A stretch of 59,436 bases of DNA, counting the filler, from Bipalium vagum (lineage: Eukaryota): assembly GCA_037834085.1 (NCBI GenBank). It is 3 parts of 3 records of this genome, joined end to end, with 100 filler letters (N's around TTAATTAATTAA, not from the genome) between each part and the next. Parts side by side here need not be neighbours in the genome. Positions count along the whole stretch, not along the records: positions 36,092 to 59,436 come from JBBMKC010209708.1; 2 more parts are not named here. One strand, written 5' to 3'. Below are positions 40,561 to 54,500 of this stretch, piece after piece. Made by a program: the position numbers and the translations under genes. The notes under the pieces were generated by a model. That model was not told the origin of the DNA and made no database searches. It saw only the letters and a list, made by a program, of their open reading frames with translations. Every line of letters begins with the position of its first letter. The stretch's first letter is position 1.

Positions 40561-42581
40561 TAAAGTAGAACCGGAATGTAATAGATTTCTTTTGAAGTCT
40601 GTCTTCCTTACTTTACTAATGAAATGACCGGGTGTAATGGACAATAAACATCACAAATTACAATTACATCCCTAATGTAAGAGATTACTATATCAATACC
40701 CCTTGAGTAAGTATAAGAAAGGACGTATAATATAGACCTCTATATTAACTAGATGTCTTCGTTCAAATCAAGAAAGTGTAGACAAAACCAATGTGTTCGA
40801 AAAGTAGGGCAAAACCAAGAAAAAAGTGACATTTTAAGCCATTTTTCAATTGGTCTTTCAATATTCCACAAAATAAAAGCCTGAGAAAGTGCTCTCCGTA
40901 AGGCATTTGAAACAAGTAAAAATTTTAAGTGCAAATGAAACAAAGTCAGCATTTACGAAGAATTAAAAAAGCACTTTCGCTTTGGTTTTATCAGGTATGG
41001 TCCCAAAATATAATTTTCAATCATCCTATCATTAAGGAAAAAGCACAACAGATGGCACAATCAATGGGGCACTGTATTTAATTTAGATGCTTTTATAAAA
41101 TACTTTAAAAAACTTCGCCTCTCTCACCTAATATTAAAAATTTATTTGGATGAAACTCCTCTAAAGAAAATAAAAATACAAATTATTTATTTTCAAACGC
41201 ATAAACCAATCTGAACTAATCGAACATCGAATGCATGTAAAGGTCTTAACAAGAATATTAATAAAAATAAAAATATATCAAGAGAATTTCGGAAAAAATA
41301 AAAATAAAAACCAATTAACACAAGTATTTGTTTCTTAATTATTAATTCTTACTAACAAAACGTTTCTCTATTTTGTTGGTTTTACACAGATACCAAGTGA
41401 TAAAAGGGCTGTAAGTTAAAAATCATCTAGAGGGTATAATGTAAAAATATTATTATTATTATTTATCATAATAATATTAAATTAATATTTAAATGTTTCT
41501 TAATAATAAAGTCGGTAAAGTAGTTACTAAACAAATTTTTTATCATCAAAAATAAAGATAAAATAACAAAACTATTCCAAATGTCCATCAAGATAATTTT
41601 GGAATTATCTTATCTTGAAGGGAATATTAATGGAAATAAAACTTATTTCTCTACCATCTCCTTGGTCAGTGGGCAAACGGATTTTTCGGTTTTCTATAGA
41701 ACCTCCTTTAAAAAAAGAATTCGGTTACGTCAGAATAATCCGAACTTTGTATTGTCTTAAATATTGATTTTTCAATTGTCACAAGACGTTAATTGTTTGT
41801 GAAACGTGAAGTTTTTCTCCAGAAATCTTGTTTCTCATTTGTGGATCATCAGAAAATTTCAGAAATCATTATTTTTTACACTGACATTTATTTTCCATAA
41901 TTCGTAAAGATTATACTTGGGTCCCATGGGGCTGGACTGTATTCAAGAGAACGGTATGAGCTTGACTAACAGTTCTAGAACTTTTCTTACCAGTCATCGG
42001 CAAAAAATGTTTTTTTTTGTAATATAATTGTTTTCATTTCTCCTATCATTATTAATTTATTAATCTCAATGAATATAATTTATTCTTTTCTTCGTGTTTT
42101 TAAATATTGATTATTTTTTTGTGATTTTGTTATATTATTGATCTTATTTTATTGTTACAGAAAAACAAGGTTTTAAATTATTATGTACTGTCAAAAATAA
42201 TTAAAGTTTGTGACTTATTGTATTGGTTATTTTTATAATGTCAAGAACTCAACAATTAGCGTATAAGTAAATCGAGAGCTCAGTAAAATCTTTGATTTTT
42301 AAATTTCAAAATCACCATTAAAATATTAATGACTAAAACCTTTTTTTCTTAAACTTTCTTTTTTCTTTTTTCTTTTATGGAAGCACTGTTAAGCAAATTT
42401 TCTGATAAGGGCATTATTGATAAAATTATTAATCATTCAAATTATTTATTGCATGTGCAAATATGAATTGGTAAAAAAATCGAAACTCCAAAAATCTTTA
42501 ACTTCAATAAAATTTTATTCATTACCTGGACATTAAAGGCACTTAGATTATGAAGTTGTGGGTCATCGAAATTCGTTGTAA

Positions 42582-45500
42582 TCAAATCATATGAAGAGTA
42601 AATGACAGGGGTTTTTTGTGCCACAAAAGATCTGAATTGAAATTTGTATAAATTCCACTACAAGAAAACTTGTACTTTTCCCGAAACAAGACCTCTGCAA
42701 CCCAAGACGCAACAAAATACAGCATAATTTGCGTTTTTAAATTTACGGGTCTTTTACTTGTGCAACTTGTAAATGTATTTTGAATCTTTTCAAATAAGAA
42801 CCCTCTGTGATTTGGATTGTTGAGTAAGTTCTGAAATAACTGAGAAAAAAAAAGATAATATAATATGTGAAAGTAATAGTTTCAAGTTATTTTTTAAATT
42901 CATATTTAATTGAAATATTTTAATGTTTATTTCTAATTTTTAAAACAATTTATAATAATATTTGCATTATCATTACGGAACAACTTAAATTTTATTAGAA
43001 TTCATTTTTTACAAACTTTTCAAATGACAAAATTACTCATAAAAAAGCCAGAATCCATGTAAATTATTAAACAATATTTCTTATATTTCATTCATCTCAT
43101 ATTAAGCAAATAATAAAGGAAATTGTTTTACTATTGCAAGTACATTAGTCTACACAGATTTGTATAGCAACATATCATCAAATGAGTTATCATGAAACTA
43201 CTTTTCTAAATTTGAAATATCTTTTATGAAATATTATCACTTTTTTGGCTATGGTATAGTCTCCCCATTTTTTTGGTTGGTACGCCACAATGGACTAATA
43301 AAAATTAAGCTTAAGGTTCAATAACCAATCAGATTAGGGTTAGGGATAAAAATTTTAAAAATTAGATTTATTATTATATTATTAAAATTATTCTTTTAAT
43401 TAGAGTTAGAACGAACAAATTATCTTAAATATTATTAGAATTAGGGTTATGGATTGATTTATCATTAAAAACCATAAAATGTTGTTAAAAATGTATAAGA
43501 TTTTTTTAAAAATTAGTTAATTTTTTTAAAGTATATTATTTTATTGAATAACTATTGTTACCATGTCAAATTTGAAATTTTTCAAGTGTTTTTTGATTTT
43601 TATTTGTCAATAACTTTTTTTTATTGAGTTAATTCGAAAAAAATTTTCAGTTTCGTAATAAGAATTTTACTTTCTTTTAGGAGATATATTTAAATTATCG
43701 AACGGGAGAGATACTATACCGTTACCTATTTTCATTTTCAATTAAATTTTTTCAACATTTACTTCACTGATCAACATTTTCTCAATATCAGAATTATAAT
43801 TTTATGTTTTATATGTATTTTGAACCAATGACAATTATTTATTTCCAAAATCACATTTTAAGCTTATATATAATAGACACTGAAAATCAGCCAACTGAAT
43901 TTCAGAATCAATTAAAACAGAGTATTTTAGTTGAAGTCTAAAATCGATTTGCTCTTCAACTGAATGATTTAGAAGTCATTCATTATTATTGATGGAGATT
44001 TTAAATGTTTTCGATTTTTGTACATGAGTTCAAGACAATTCGTCTTAATTCAGATATAGATGACCTTAAAAATTAACTGAAAAATTACTGATAAATTGTG
44101 AAATAAGATTTGATAAGATTAAAAATTACAGAAAAATTCGCATTGCAAAAGTTTCAAATCATCTATTCTCCTATAATTAAGAGATATTTTATAATTTCTT
44201 TATCTTAAAATATTGTGTAAAGTATATATTTTTAAGAAATACACAAAAAATAAAGTTTTATGTAAAAAATCTGATAAAAATATGAAAAATAAAAAGATTT
44301 TGAACTATATTACATTATTTAGAATAGGCAAACCAGTCTTGGATCATTACAAAAGTTACCATTTATAAGGGATATAGCTGAATAACAAATTAATCATAAT
44401 AGTGGCCGCAGAAAATAGTGTATTTTCTGAAAACGTTATTAAATAAAAAAATCTTTATTTCAAAACTTTTGACAATAAAATCAAATGATTGATTATAAAT
44501 TAATGTTTTAAAATTATTGATTTTATATTAAACCAAAAAATCGACATTTTTATTAAATCATTTCTGATAATACCAATTACAATTGAATATGGAAAATGGT
44601 TCTGGAAACTAAAATTGACAGGTAATTTACAAAATATTATTAATAAAGTTATTATTAATAAAAATATATTCATAATAATCAATATTAATTGCTAATTTTA
44701 AATTTTTTTCTTAATAAATATATTATTAATAAAATGAGAAAAATAAGAAAATTATTAATTATATTAAAGATTGTTTATTAATTTACAAAATATACTTAAT
44801 AAAATTATTAATAATAAAAATAAATATAATAAAAAAAACAATGACGATAAGAAAACAATTTCAATTAAGAAAAATAAAAAATTACTTCATCGTCAGCTTT
44901 AAATCTACAAGGTAATAAATGAAGATATGATGGTTTAGATGGAAGAGTTTCTAAAATTAAAGGACATATTTTGAAGCCAGTATTTTTTCGATGTAGACTT
45001 AAAGAAATTTGCAATTGAGTTAAGCAGCTTTTTGTGGATATGTAGTATGGATTCAATAAGATAATGATTAAATTGGCATCTTCAAATTCAGTCATGCTTT
45101 TATAACTTTCACTTTCGGGACCCATTGAACAAAATTTTATTTTCAAAGCTTAAAAGATAAACAATCAATATTTTAAAGTGACTAAAAATAAGATCAATAC
45201 TTACTATTTTTAATGCCTAATATAAAATATTTTAGAACATTAGCAATTGTAATATCATCTTCATGGAATGCAATTATAATATCCGTAGAATGTTTAGGAA
45301 AATTTAAAACCTGTGCTTCATTAATCATGGAGATAAGAATATTGTTCTTTTTAATGTTCCATAGAGATTTGAAAAACAGTCCACGGGCTTGTTTAGCAGC
45401 TTCTTCTAAGTCAATTTCATCCTATAAAAATTGTGAGAAAAATATAGAAAATTATAATTAACAATAATAAAGATATTTTTGTAAAAATTATAAAAAATAT

Positions 45501-48500
45501 TCTTTTCCAATAATTTTCCAAAAACAGTCATGGTGTGGGAGGATTCTCTTCAAATTTCAATAAATTCCAATAATTTTCCAAAAACAGTCATGGTGTGGGA
45601 GGATTCTCTTCAAATTTCAAAATCGAATCTTTCTTTTTTAACAAAAATGTTTCTGCTGAAAGTTTTAAGAATATGGTGAAAATCATGTCATTCCAACTTT
45701 AAAGCAAAATAGAAAGTTTAATAAAACTATTTTCCAACAAGATGGTGCAACATCTCATAAAACATTAACAACGCGACAGTTTCTTTACAAAAAATTGGGG
45801 AAAATCGTGTAGACAGTTGGGGCTTCCAATTTGTTTGGCTTTGCTATTCTCCAGACTTGACTCCAGTAGATTACGTACCTTGGCCATATATCAAACACAA
45901 AATTAATGCCGAAAATTTTCAATCAGTATCAGAACTGAAAGACAAAATAGAAGAAAATTACAATAATATACCGCAAATACTTCTAATCAATTGTGAAAAT
46001 TCAATACCAGAAAATAATGGAAACACATTTTGAATAAATATGTTTTTGTTAACCTCTGTAGCTGAACAATTTAGACTGGTCCATAAGAAATTATGCCTTC
46101 TAATAACAGATTTTCAGAAAGATAAAAGGCTGAAGTGGTTCCGACAACACCGGAACAACATATGGGATACATGAGTGGATATTGATGATAAATGGTTACA
46201 CTTACATTCGTTCAATCGCGAAAGTTATCGTGACAGTAGCCACAGAAAGAAAGTTCCTGTAATAAGCAAGACAAACATCCAAAAAATAATAGTACTAACC
46301 GCTGTGGAAAACTGAATTTGGAAAAAAGTTTAACGGTCTCCTTACCTAACCCAGACATCGTTAAAAATCACAAAAAGGGTGAAGTATACAAAGTTAATTC
46401 AACAATGACCTCGGACTCTTTTTACGAGGTCATTGATGCATAATGAAATCATGTCTGTAATCTGCAACAAAATTTTTTGGTGTCAAACAGTTTCCATCAA
46501 AATGGATAATGCCCGTCCACATGTTGGTAAAAAGAATGTGGAAAATTTAATTAAACATTAATCCAAAAATCACTGTTATAAATCAGCCGGCCAAATGTCC
46601 TAATTTAAACATCAATGACCTTGGATTCTTCAATTCCTTGAATAAGCGATGACAAAAATCTATTTGTAATGACCTAAACCAATTGTGGCCATATTTACAA
46701 GCTAAGTTTTGGTCTACCAAGAAAAACACACTCACTTCCCTATTTTATATGAAGTTTCGAATTGTGGATATGATCATTGTTTCAAAAGGAGCAGCATAGA
46801 TTAATATTAGCATTTTATCATGCATATAGTTTTAAAATACAAGTTTTCTTCATTTTCTTTTTATTCTTATAAATCCACTTTTATGACATGGAGTAAGTAA
46901 TTAGTTATTGCTTTTATAAATTCACAAGTATTTATGGGACAAACTATATAATCAGAAAATAAATGAACTTCAAGCAGAGCTTCAACATCCAGATATTTAC
47001 AAAAGATTTATCAAGTCTTTTACAAATTAAGTTATTCTTTTTAGTTAAAATAAGATTAAGTGTTCCAGAATTAAGATTCGAGTAATAATTGTGCATTTAA
47101 ATTGTAATTCACAAAACAGAATACAGCAACATAATAATATTATTATCGTTAATATAAAAGAAATTAAAATGAATGTAATTTTATTATTGTATCCAATGTC
47201 CTTTTTTTAAGAAAGTCAATTATCTGGTGATTGGAAAGTTTTGGTCACAAAATAAAACAGAATTTCATATTTTGCTATATGATGTTACCACAATGCAGTA
47301 AAACAACCATACAATGTTTTAAAAAAATTGAAGGGTTCATTAACTTCAGTTTTCTGTAATTTTTCATGAACACTTCATTTGTTGAACATTCAAATCAATT
47401 TTCTTCGGTTGTGATTTTATTCTATTCATATTTGTCCATTCTCAGCTGAGAATCTTCAACTGTATGAGCTTGGGGAACATTATGTTGATTGATTTGTTTT
47501 AGTACAAATAGTACTTTATGATCATTTAAATAATTTTTTTGGCATAGTGAAAGCGAGTTAAATCTGGCCAAAATATATCATTGATATTTTATGATATTTT
47601 ATACGTTCAACCTTTTTTTCGTACATAGTTATTCCTCATAATCATATCTTTCATAAAAGATAAAGTGATCTAAAATTTTTCATTTCAACATTTTAAAGGT
47701 TCTTGTGATATATTTTAGGCCAAACCTTTCCGACCACTTGGTGTGTCAGTTTCATAAAAAAATTTTATACTATCTTACATACCATGATAGAAGATTTTGA
47801 TCGATTCATATTTCCTGATAAAATTGGATTGATAAATGAAGTTAAAATCTCTTGAAAAAATGACAAAAAATGCAACGTTTGAGGTTCATTACTATCACTT
47901 GTAAGTTTTTCGAAACATGGAGTCAATATATTGAGAACAAAAAATGAGGATTTGAATGCAATGGAATTTTTATTTTTATTAATAATGTCTTGAATGTGAT
48001 CATTAGATATCCAAACAGGAAGGAGATGTGTCGAGAATTTAGGAGATTGATGTTGAGATAAGGCTAGGGCAAACTCTTCTTGGCACATTGTAGATTGAAA
48101 GTAGTTTTCAGAAAGAAAACTCACAATTAATTTACTGTTATTAATTGCATTGTACAGAGTATCCTGCCAAGCATAACCTTAAGTACAAAAGTATTTAATA
48201 AATTTGAACAATAAAATATATATAATTTTACCTGATTTAATTTTATCTTTATCAAAAAAAATATGTATATTCGGGAGGGAGTCTTGCAAAAATAATAAAA
48301 ATAAATTGACAATGTTGGAATCTTTATGAGAATACGAAATAAAGACATCAAAATTTTGAGTAGAAGACTTATTGACAACCTTTTCTTTTTGCATCTGACT
48401 TTTTTTGCTTAACTTCACTTTGTCTTCTTTTAAAATATCTGACAACGTTTTAGAAACGTGAGTGAATTTATCTTCAATATTTTCGTCATTACTTTTTACC

Positions 48501-51500
48501 CTTAATACAAAAGAAATATAAGAATCTTGAAGACAGAAGTAGGTACCGACAATCGATCCATTGGTTTAATGTCATGTACACAGGGAGACAATCAATGTCC
48601 ATCAAATAAACCGGAATTAAGATATTCCGATGAATTTTGTGTGATAAGCACAATGCTAAATTATAATATTCTACTGCCATTGGTGTTGCCAAAAAGCTTG
48701 GAGTTAAAAATACAACAACTCTAATGAAAAATATCAAAATGAAAACATTAAAATTATTTATATAAAATGTTTTCTTACTAAAATTGTAAAAGACTTATTT
48801 TAATAACCACTTATAATTTTAGAATTTCAAATGGTGTTCATAAATCCGAAGAATTTAGAATGTAAAACCATATTAAGAGTGTGATGCAAAATTATAAACA
48901 TTTTTGTTTAATATTATTGCAATCAATTAGAAGTTGGTTTTCCAGCATTTCAGAATTAATAAAAACTTTTATTATAGTTAAATACAATTTTAATTAAAAA
49001 TGACTGGGACAAAACTATAACTTCATTACAAGTTTCTTTAAAAAACATGTATATATATTTTTTAATATCTATACGTATGTTATATCCACAATATTAGGTC
49101 ATAAGGTATGAAATACCGTATTTTCCGAACTATAAGCCGCAACGGATTATAAACCGCACTCTGACAGTTTTCCACAGAATACAAAATTAACGTATAAGCC
49201 CCGTTAATAAAATACGAAATGTGAGGAGCTTAGACCCTTTTCGTATTTTATCAGTTTAAAAGAAATCTAATAGTAACAATAAATAATATATTTACCAAAT
49301 TTTTTTTATTAGTTTTGTAAGAACTCAGAAGTTTCATCATACTCAGAATTCTTATCAGTTACTTCATCTGAATCCACAGCGGAATTTTCTGTTTGTACTT
49401 CTCCTTGGACGTCAAAACTATTAAATATGCCTGCTTTAACAAAGCCGTTATTAATTGTTGATGTTGCGATAGTGTTCCAAGCTTCAAGAATCCATTCAAT
49501 TATTGTCACATAATCAACTCCTCACTGTTTACCTGTTAAAGTAAAAGTATGATCTCTTGAGGTCATCCACTGTTGCCAATTTTTTCTTAATTTTGCTTTA
49601 AATGATCTATTGACTGAAATATCAAGAGGTTGAAGAATCTTAGTCAATCCACCAGACATTTTAAATGAGATGTTTAAAGACTATTTATACAAACATTTTT
49701 AATTTTTATTGAAGTCAGGAAATTTTAAGAATTTTTAACATCAACGTACAGGTCGCATCGGACTATAAGCCTCAACACGTAAAGTATAATACATTTCAGG
49801 TTTTTGGGTGCAGCTTATAGTCCGGCCAATACGGTACATAAATTTACTAAAACATTTATTAAAGAATCTTTGACAATGAAAAATTTATTTAATCAAAGTA
49901 TACATTTCTACCACCTTGTTGGCAGCTTGGAGATGCCTTATCAAAATACTCAAGTTTCAGAGATTCGATGAATTACATAGTCACTTTGGACAGCCTCGAA
50001 GGAATGGAACCTTTTTCATTTTAAAATTATCAAATTCCTGAAAAAATAGGTCAGTAGGTGCAAGGTCTGGAGAATAATGTGGATGATCAACAATTTAATA
50101 CTATTTTGTTTTTTTCCCTTGTAATAACTTCAAAAATTCTGCTTAGATGCAGTTAGAGTATTTTCTTAATTTTTAAATTGAAAAGTTCTCACGCTTTGAT
50201 GATTTCAAGTCGTTGACATTGGAAAATTGCTTTCCACCAACATACACATTTCTAAGCTCCACTTTGCATACATTCTCAACAGGATTCAAATCTGGAGAAA
50301 GTGATGGTCATTATAAAAACGTTATTTCATTTTCATCATATCATACATAATTGCTTTTAGGTGAACAAGTGCATTGTGTTGTAAGAATAACAAATCTTAA
50401 CTACCAAATCTTTCAATTATGTTGACATAATGAGTTTTAAGCATTTTTCAATAGCCTTCCGCATTAAATGTTGTATCAATGATACTAATATAATTTTTTC
50501 CGAAATGCTCAAAAATCATCAATCTTTTGATTTACAAAATTCTTTCTTGCAAAGATTATGCTAGTAATAATCAAAGTCATCAGGGCCATCTTAATTGAAT
50601 TTTTTTCATCGTACACACCACCTTTGACATGGAAGATTCCAGATCATGTGGATTTTTGACCAGATTAGTGTCTTTAAGTTGTGCAGAATTTTTAATTGTG
50701 GAGTTGTGTTTTTTCATGTTTAAAGTTGCTTGACTTATTATGAACAAGAATAATATTTTTAAATAATTACCTATTTTAAACAAAAAGTTAATTATTCTGC
50801 AGTGAAGTTATAATGTTGCACCATTAATTTCAAAACAAAATATTAGTTTACAAAATATGCCTATCCTTTATTTATTAAAAGTTACTTTTTAAATTTGTAT
50901 TTAGTTTAATTTAATTAGATAGAAATATTTGATGATTTACTAAATATATATTTATGAAAATAACTAAAATAAAATGTAATAAGTAATAATTTTTTTATTC
51001 CATATTTTTCAACATTTTCTGAGTCACTGTTTTAAGATTGTTGAAGCACCATTTCAGATTGAATTTCTGTTAAAGTAATTATAGGATCTAAAAGTCGATC
51101 CTCAATAGTCAAGTCCAAATCAACCACTTCATCTTGACTAAATTTATCTATTAGATAAATACCAGTCATGACGTCAAAAAATATAGACCAATTATGGGTC
51201 TCCAGCTATATCAAAAAGAACGGCGATGAAGTGGTTCACACAATTTCACCAAGGCAGCTTTGAGTTGAAAGGTGCACTTTATTCTGACCGACCACTCGCA
51301 GACCATAAAATAGATTAAATGATTTTTTACACGCTTTTATCATGATAATTTAAAATGAAAAATTAAAAAAAACATATTTTTGTCTAAATCAAAAAAATAT
51401 GAAGAATAATACATTTACTAAGCCCTTGATAACCAAAACAATTTTATTTTTAAGTTATAATATTTTCTTACCAAATTATTTCAATTAAAGAAATTTTCGA

Positions 51501-54500
51501 ATATAAGGAATTTACTTTTTGGATTGAATCATATGACGCTCATTAACTGAACTCGTGTCACTTTTTAAATCATCGTCTTCAGAAATACATTTTAGCTTAA
51601 TAATAAATTTTTCTTCTGAAAATAATTTTGAAAAATGTTTCACTAATTTTTGAACAATTAATTCATTGACTTTCACATAAAGAAACAAAATATCCTTCTT
51701 TATGTCAAATACTTCATTAGCAAAAGGTTTCCAATTCATTTCAGATTTAAGTTTTGAGAACTCTTCCAAGGCTTCCTTGTCGTATTTCCCAATAGGGGAA
51801 TCACTCTTTTCTCTATAAATAACGATCTTCATACACTTTAAAGGCATGCCAGCAATGATCCACGATGAACAAGCTTTAACCATTGTTCTAATCATTATCT
51901 GTTTATTTGATCCCTAAGTTTAAATAATTTTACTTAAAGAAAAAGCATTTCGAAAATAAGTTTATTATTTAAATGTGACTTATGTATACATTGCATATAA
52001 AATATCTGAATGTTAAAAAGAAATGTGAAATATAAATAGTACGGTAACTCTAATCAATTGAAAATAATTTATTAAATAAAATAGATTGAATATGAAGTGC
52101 GCAAATGCAATATGTAGTCAAAAGTTTTATGAATTATCATCTGAAATTAAAGATTTAAAAGGATAAGTTTCAATATTTGTCGGAAACAACTGTTTTCACT
52201 CAAATTAGGAAAGGCAAACCAAAACCTTGGCAAAAATAGACTGATAACTAATAGTCACAGGAGAATAATAGATTGATGACATTAATACTCTTGTTGATTA
52301 GCTGTTTGGCTTAACATATGACAACTCAGAGTGTAGCCTGTTTGGCAGAAAAAATCAGTCTCATAATGGATTATCGGAGAATATTTAATAATAATAATTT
52401 CTGGATATTTTTTCTTTTATTTATTAATTATTATATCATTTAAAAATGAGATATATTTTCGAACAAACTTACACCTCCAACATTAAGCAACTGGTGATTG
52501 TGTTAGATTTTTGGAGCCAAGGGAAAATAACTAAGTCAATTATTTCAATATTAACAAGAGATGAACCGTAGCATTATTTTCACATAAAATATGAATAAAG
52601 TGTACACCGGAGACTATGGATCTCAGGCATATCTGGTTAATCAATATCCTTGTAAAAAAAATTGAATTCTAGCTGAATATCCATTTGTTTCTTTACATTC
52701 ATTGGCTTTTATGTAGTCTTTGTTTTAGAAATGAAAAACGTATATTAAAACAAAAGCTTATTTTAATTCAATTAAACAAAGTACTTTAATAAGAATTAAT
52801 GTGACAATGTACTAAAATTTCATATTAAACTAGTCAAGGTCATCTAATATCTAAGTACCAAAATGAATATTAACATGTCGTGTTTTAATATTTATAAGTT
52901 CATCTTAGCAACTAAATAATCACGATATCTTGGATAGGAAAAACTTATTTAATATACATAGTGGAAACAATAAAAAATTAATATTGAACTAAATAATTTT
53001 TAATTAATAATTTATTGATTTTATTATTTTATGGGGTTTTACAGAATCATATTTTTTAATATCAAATACATTTCTTACAAAGATTTTTTCTGCTTTACAA
53101 AAGTAGCGGGAAGCTTTATTACATAATTTCATTTACATAAATTAAATAAAAATTTAGATTTCATGAATAAAAAATTATGAGTGAAAAATAGAATGTAATG
53201 AAAGAAAGGAAAGAAAGAATTTCTGTGGACAAAAACCTTTTTGAACAATTAAAACGTTTATACAAAGTCAAACCAAAGAAAGAACTGCAACTAATCACCT
53301 TGTTAAGTAAAAATGCACTTTAACAGCTTTAAGAAAAATTGAAGATTGTGAACATGAGAGAGACTTGATATTTAAAAATTTTTAATATACAAAAAGCAGA
53401 AAGGAACACAATTAATAAAGATACCTTACATTCTGAAATACGTAAAATTATGAGGAATGACATTTTATTTACACAAGTTTGACGTAAAGAAAATTTATCC
53501 GTAAATCTTTCTATTTCACAGATATGTAGGGAAATGAAAGCTGTGGTATTAAAAAGGAAGCAATGAACAATCTATAAAGAAAAGCCTTTTATGCTATCGT
53601 ATTGAGAATGCGAGCATTTACAATACTGTTTCTTGATAAATCTTGATTTAACCTCAATACTTCAATTAATTATGGTTACACTTGTAGAAATCAAGATGCC
53701 ACATTATATCAGCCAAAATCCAAAGGTAAAAATCTTTCACTTTGCTCAATTATGTCACCTTCCGGATTTGAAAATTTTGAATTTCTTGTTAATTTATTTT
53801 TAGAGAATTGTCATCAAAGAGAAAATTTTAAAAATAATCCTGTTCTTATAATGGACAAAGTTAGATTTCAACATTACGCAGATGTTAAATAGCATTTACC
53901 TTATAAAATGTCCATCTACCTGTCTACTCACTAGATTTGAACCCTATCGAAAATGCTTTCACGTGCATCAAAATCGTTTGAATTTGATTAGACCAAGATC
54001 CTCAAAAAGAGAAGAACTACAAGGAATATTTCCCAAATTATTATGAGTTTAGGAGTTTTTTTACAAATACTACGAGTACTTTTGGGAATTGGTGAACGGA
54101 ATGTCAGAATCATCAATTAATATAAATGTTACATGTATGTACATTTTGTATGTTTTTCAATTTTATTTTTTAATACGAATTGTTATTTTATAAATGTAAA
54201 CTTTTATTTATGAAATGGACTGTAAATCCGAAAGTCTTGAAATACAGTGCCAATTTGATCAAAAACACCATTTCTGCAAAGATTTGTTATTTTATTTTAA
54301 TCGAGATCAAGAAGTTATAAGCGGTCCAGGGAATTTGTAATCATTAAAGAAATCATGTTTTGACCTGGACTACTTCACTATTACTATTGGAACAAGTTAT
54401 TCAAAAATTAACCTTTATGTACCGGTTTTCCATTCAATTTTGATGATGATCAATTGATCGCACCGATGACAGAGAAAAACTGTCAAAACAAATATAGATT

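Noticed and set aside
43334-43450. TTAGGG telomere-like hexamers
   Set aside because: Only 2-3 scattered units; not an array.
51030-51210. Open frame after an AG in macro-TIR intron 4 (LETHNWSIFF..)
   Set aside because: Wrong phase for the flanking exons (stop in the required frame) and no recognisable motif.
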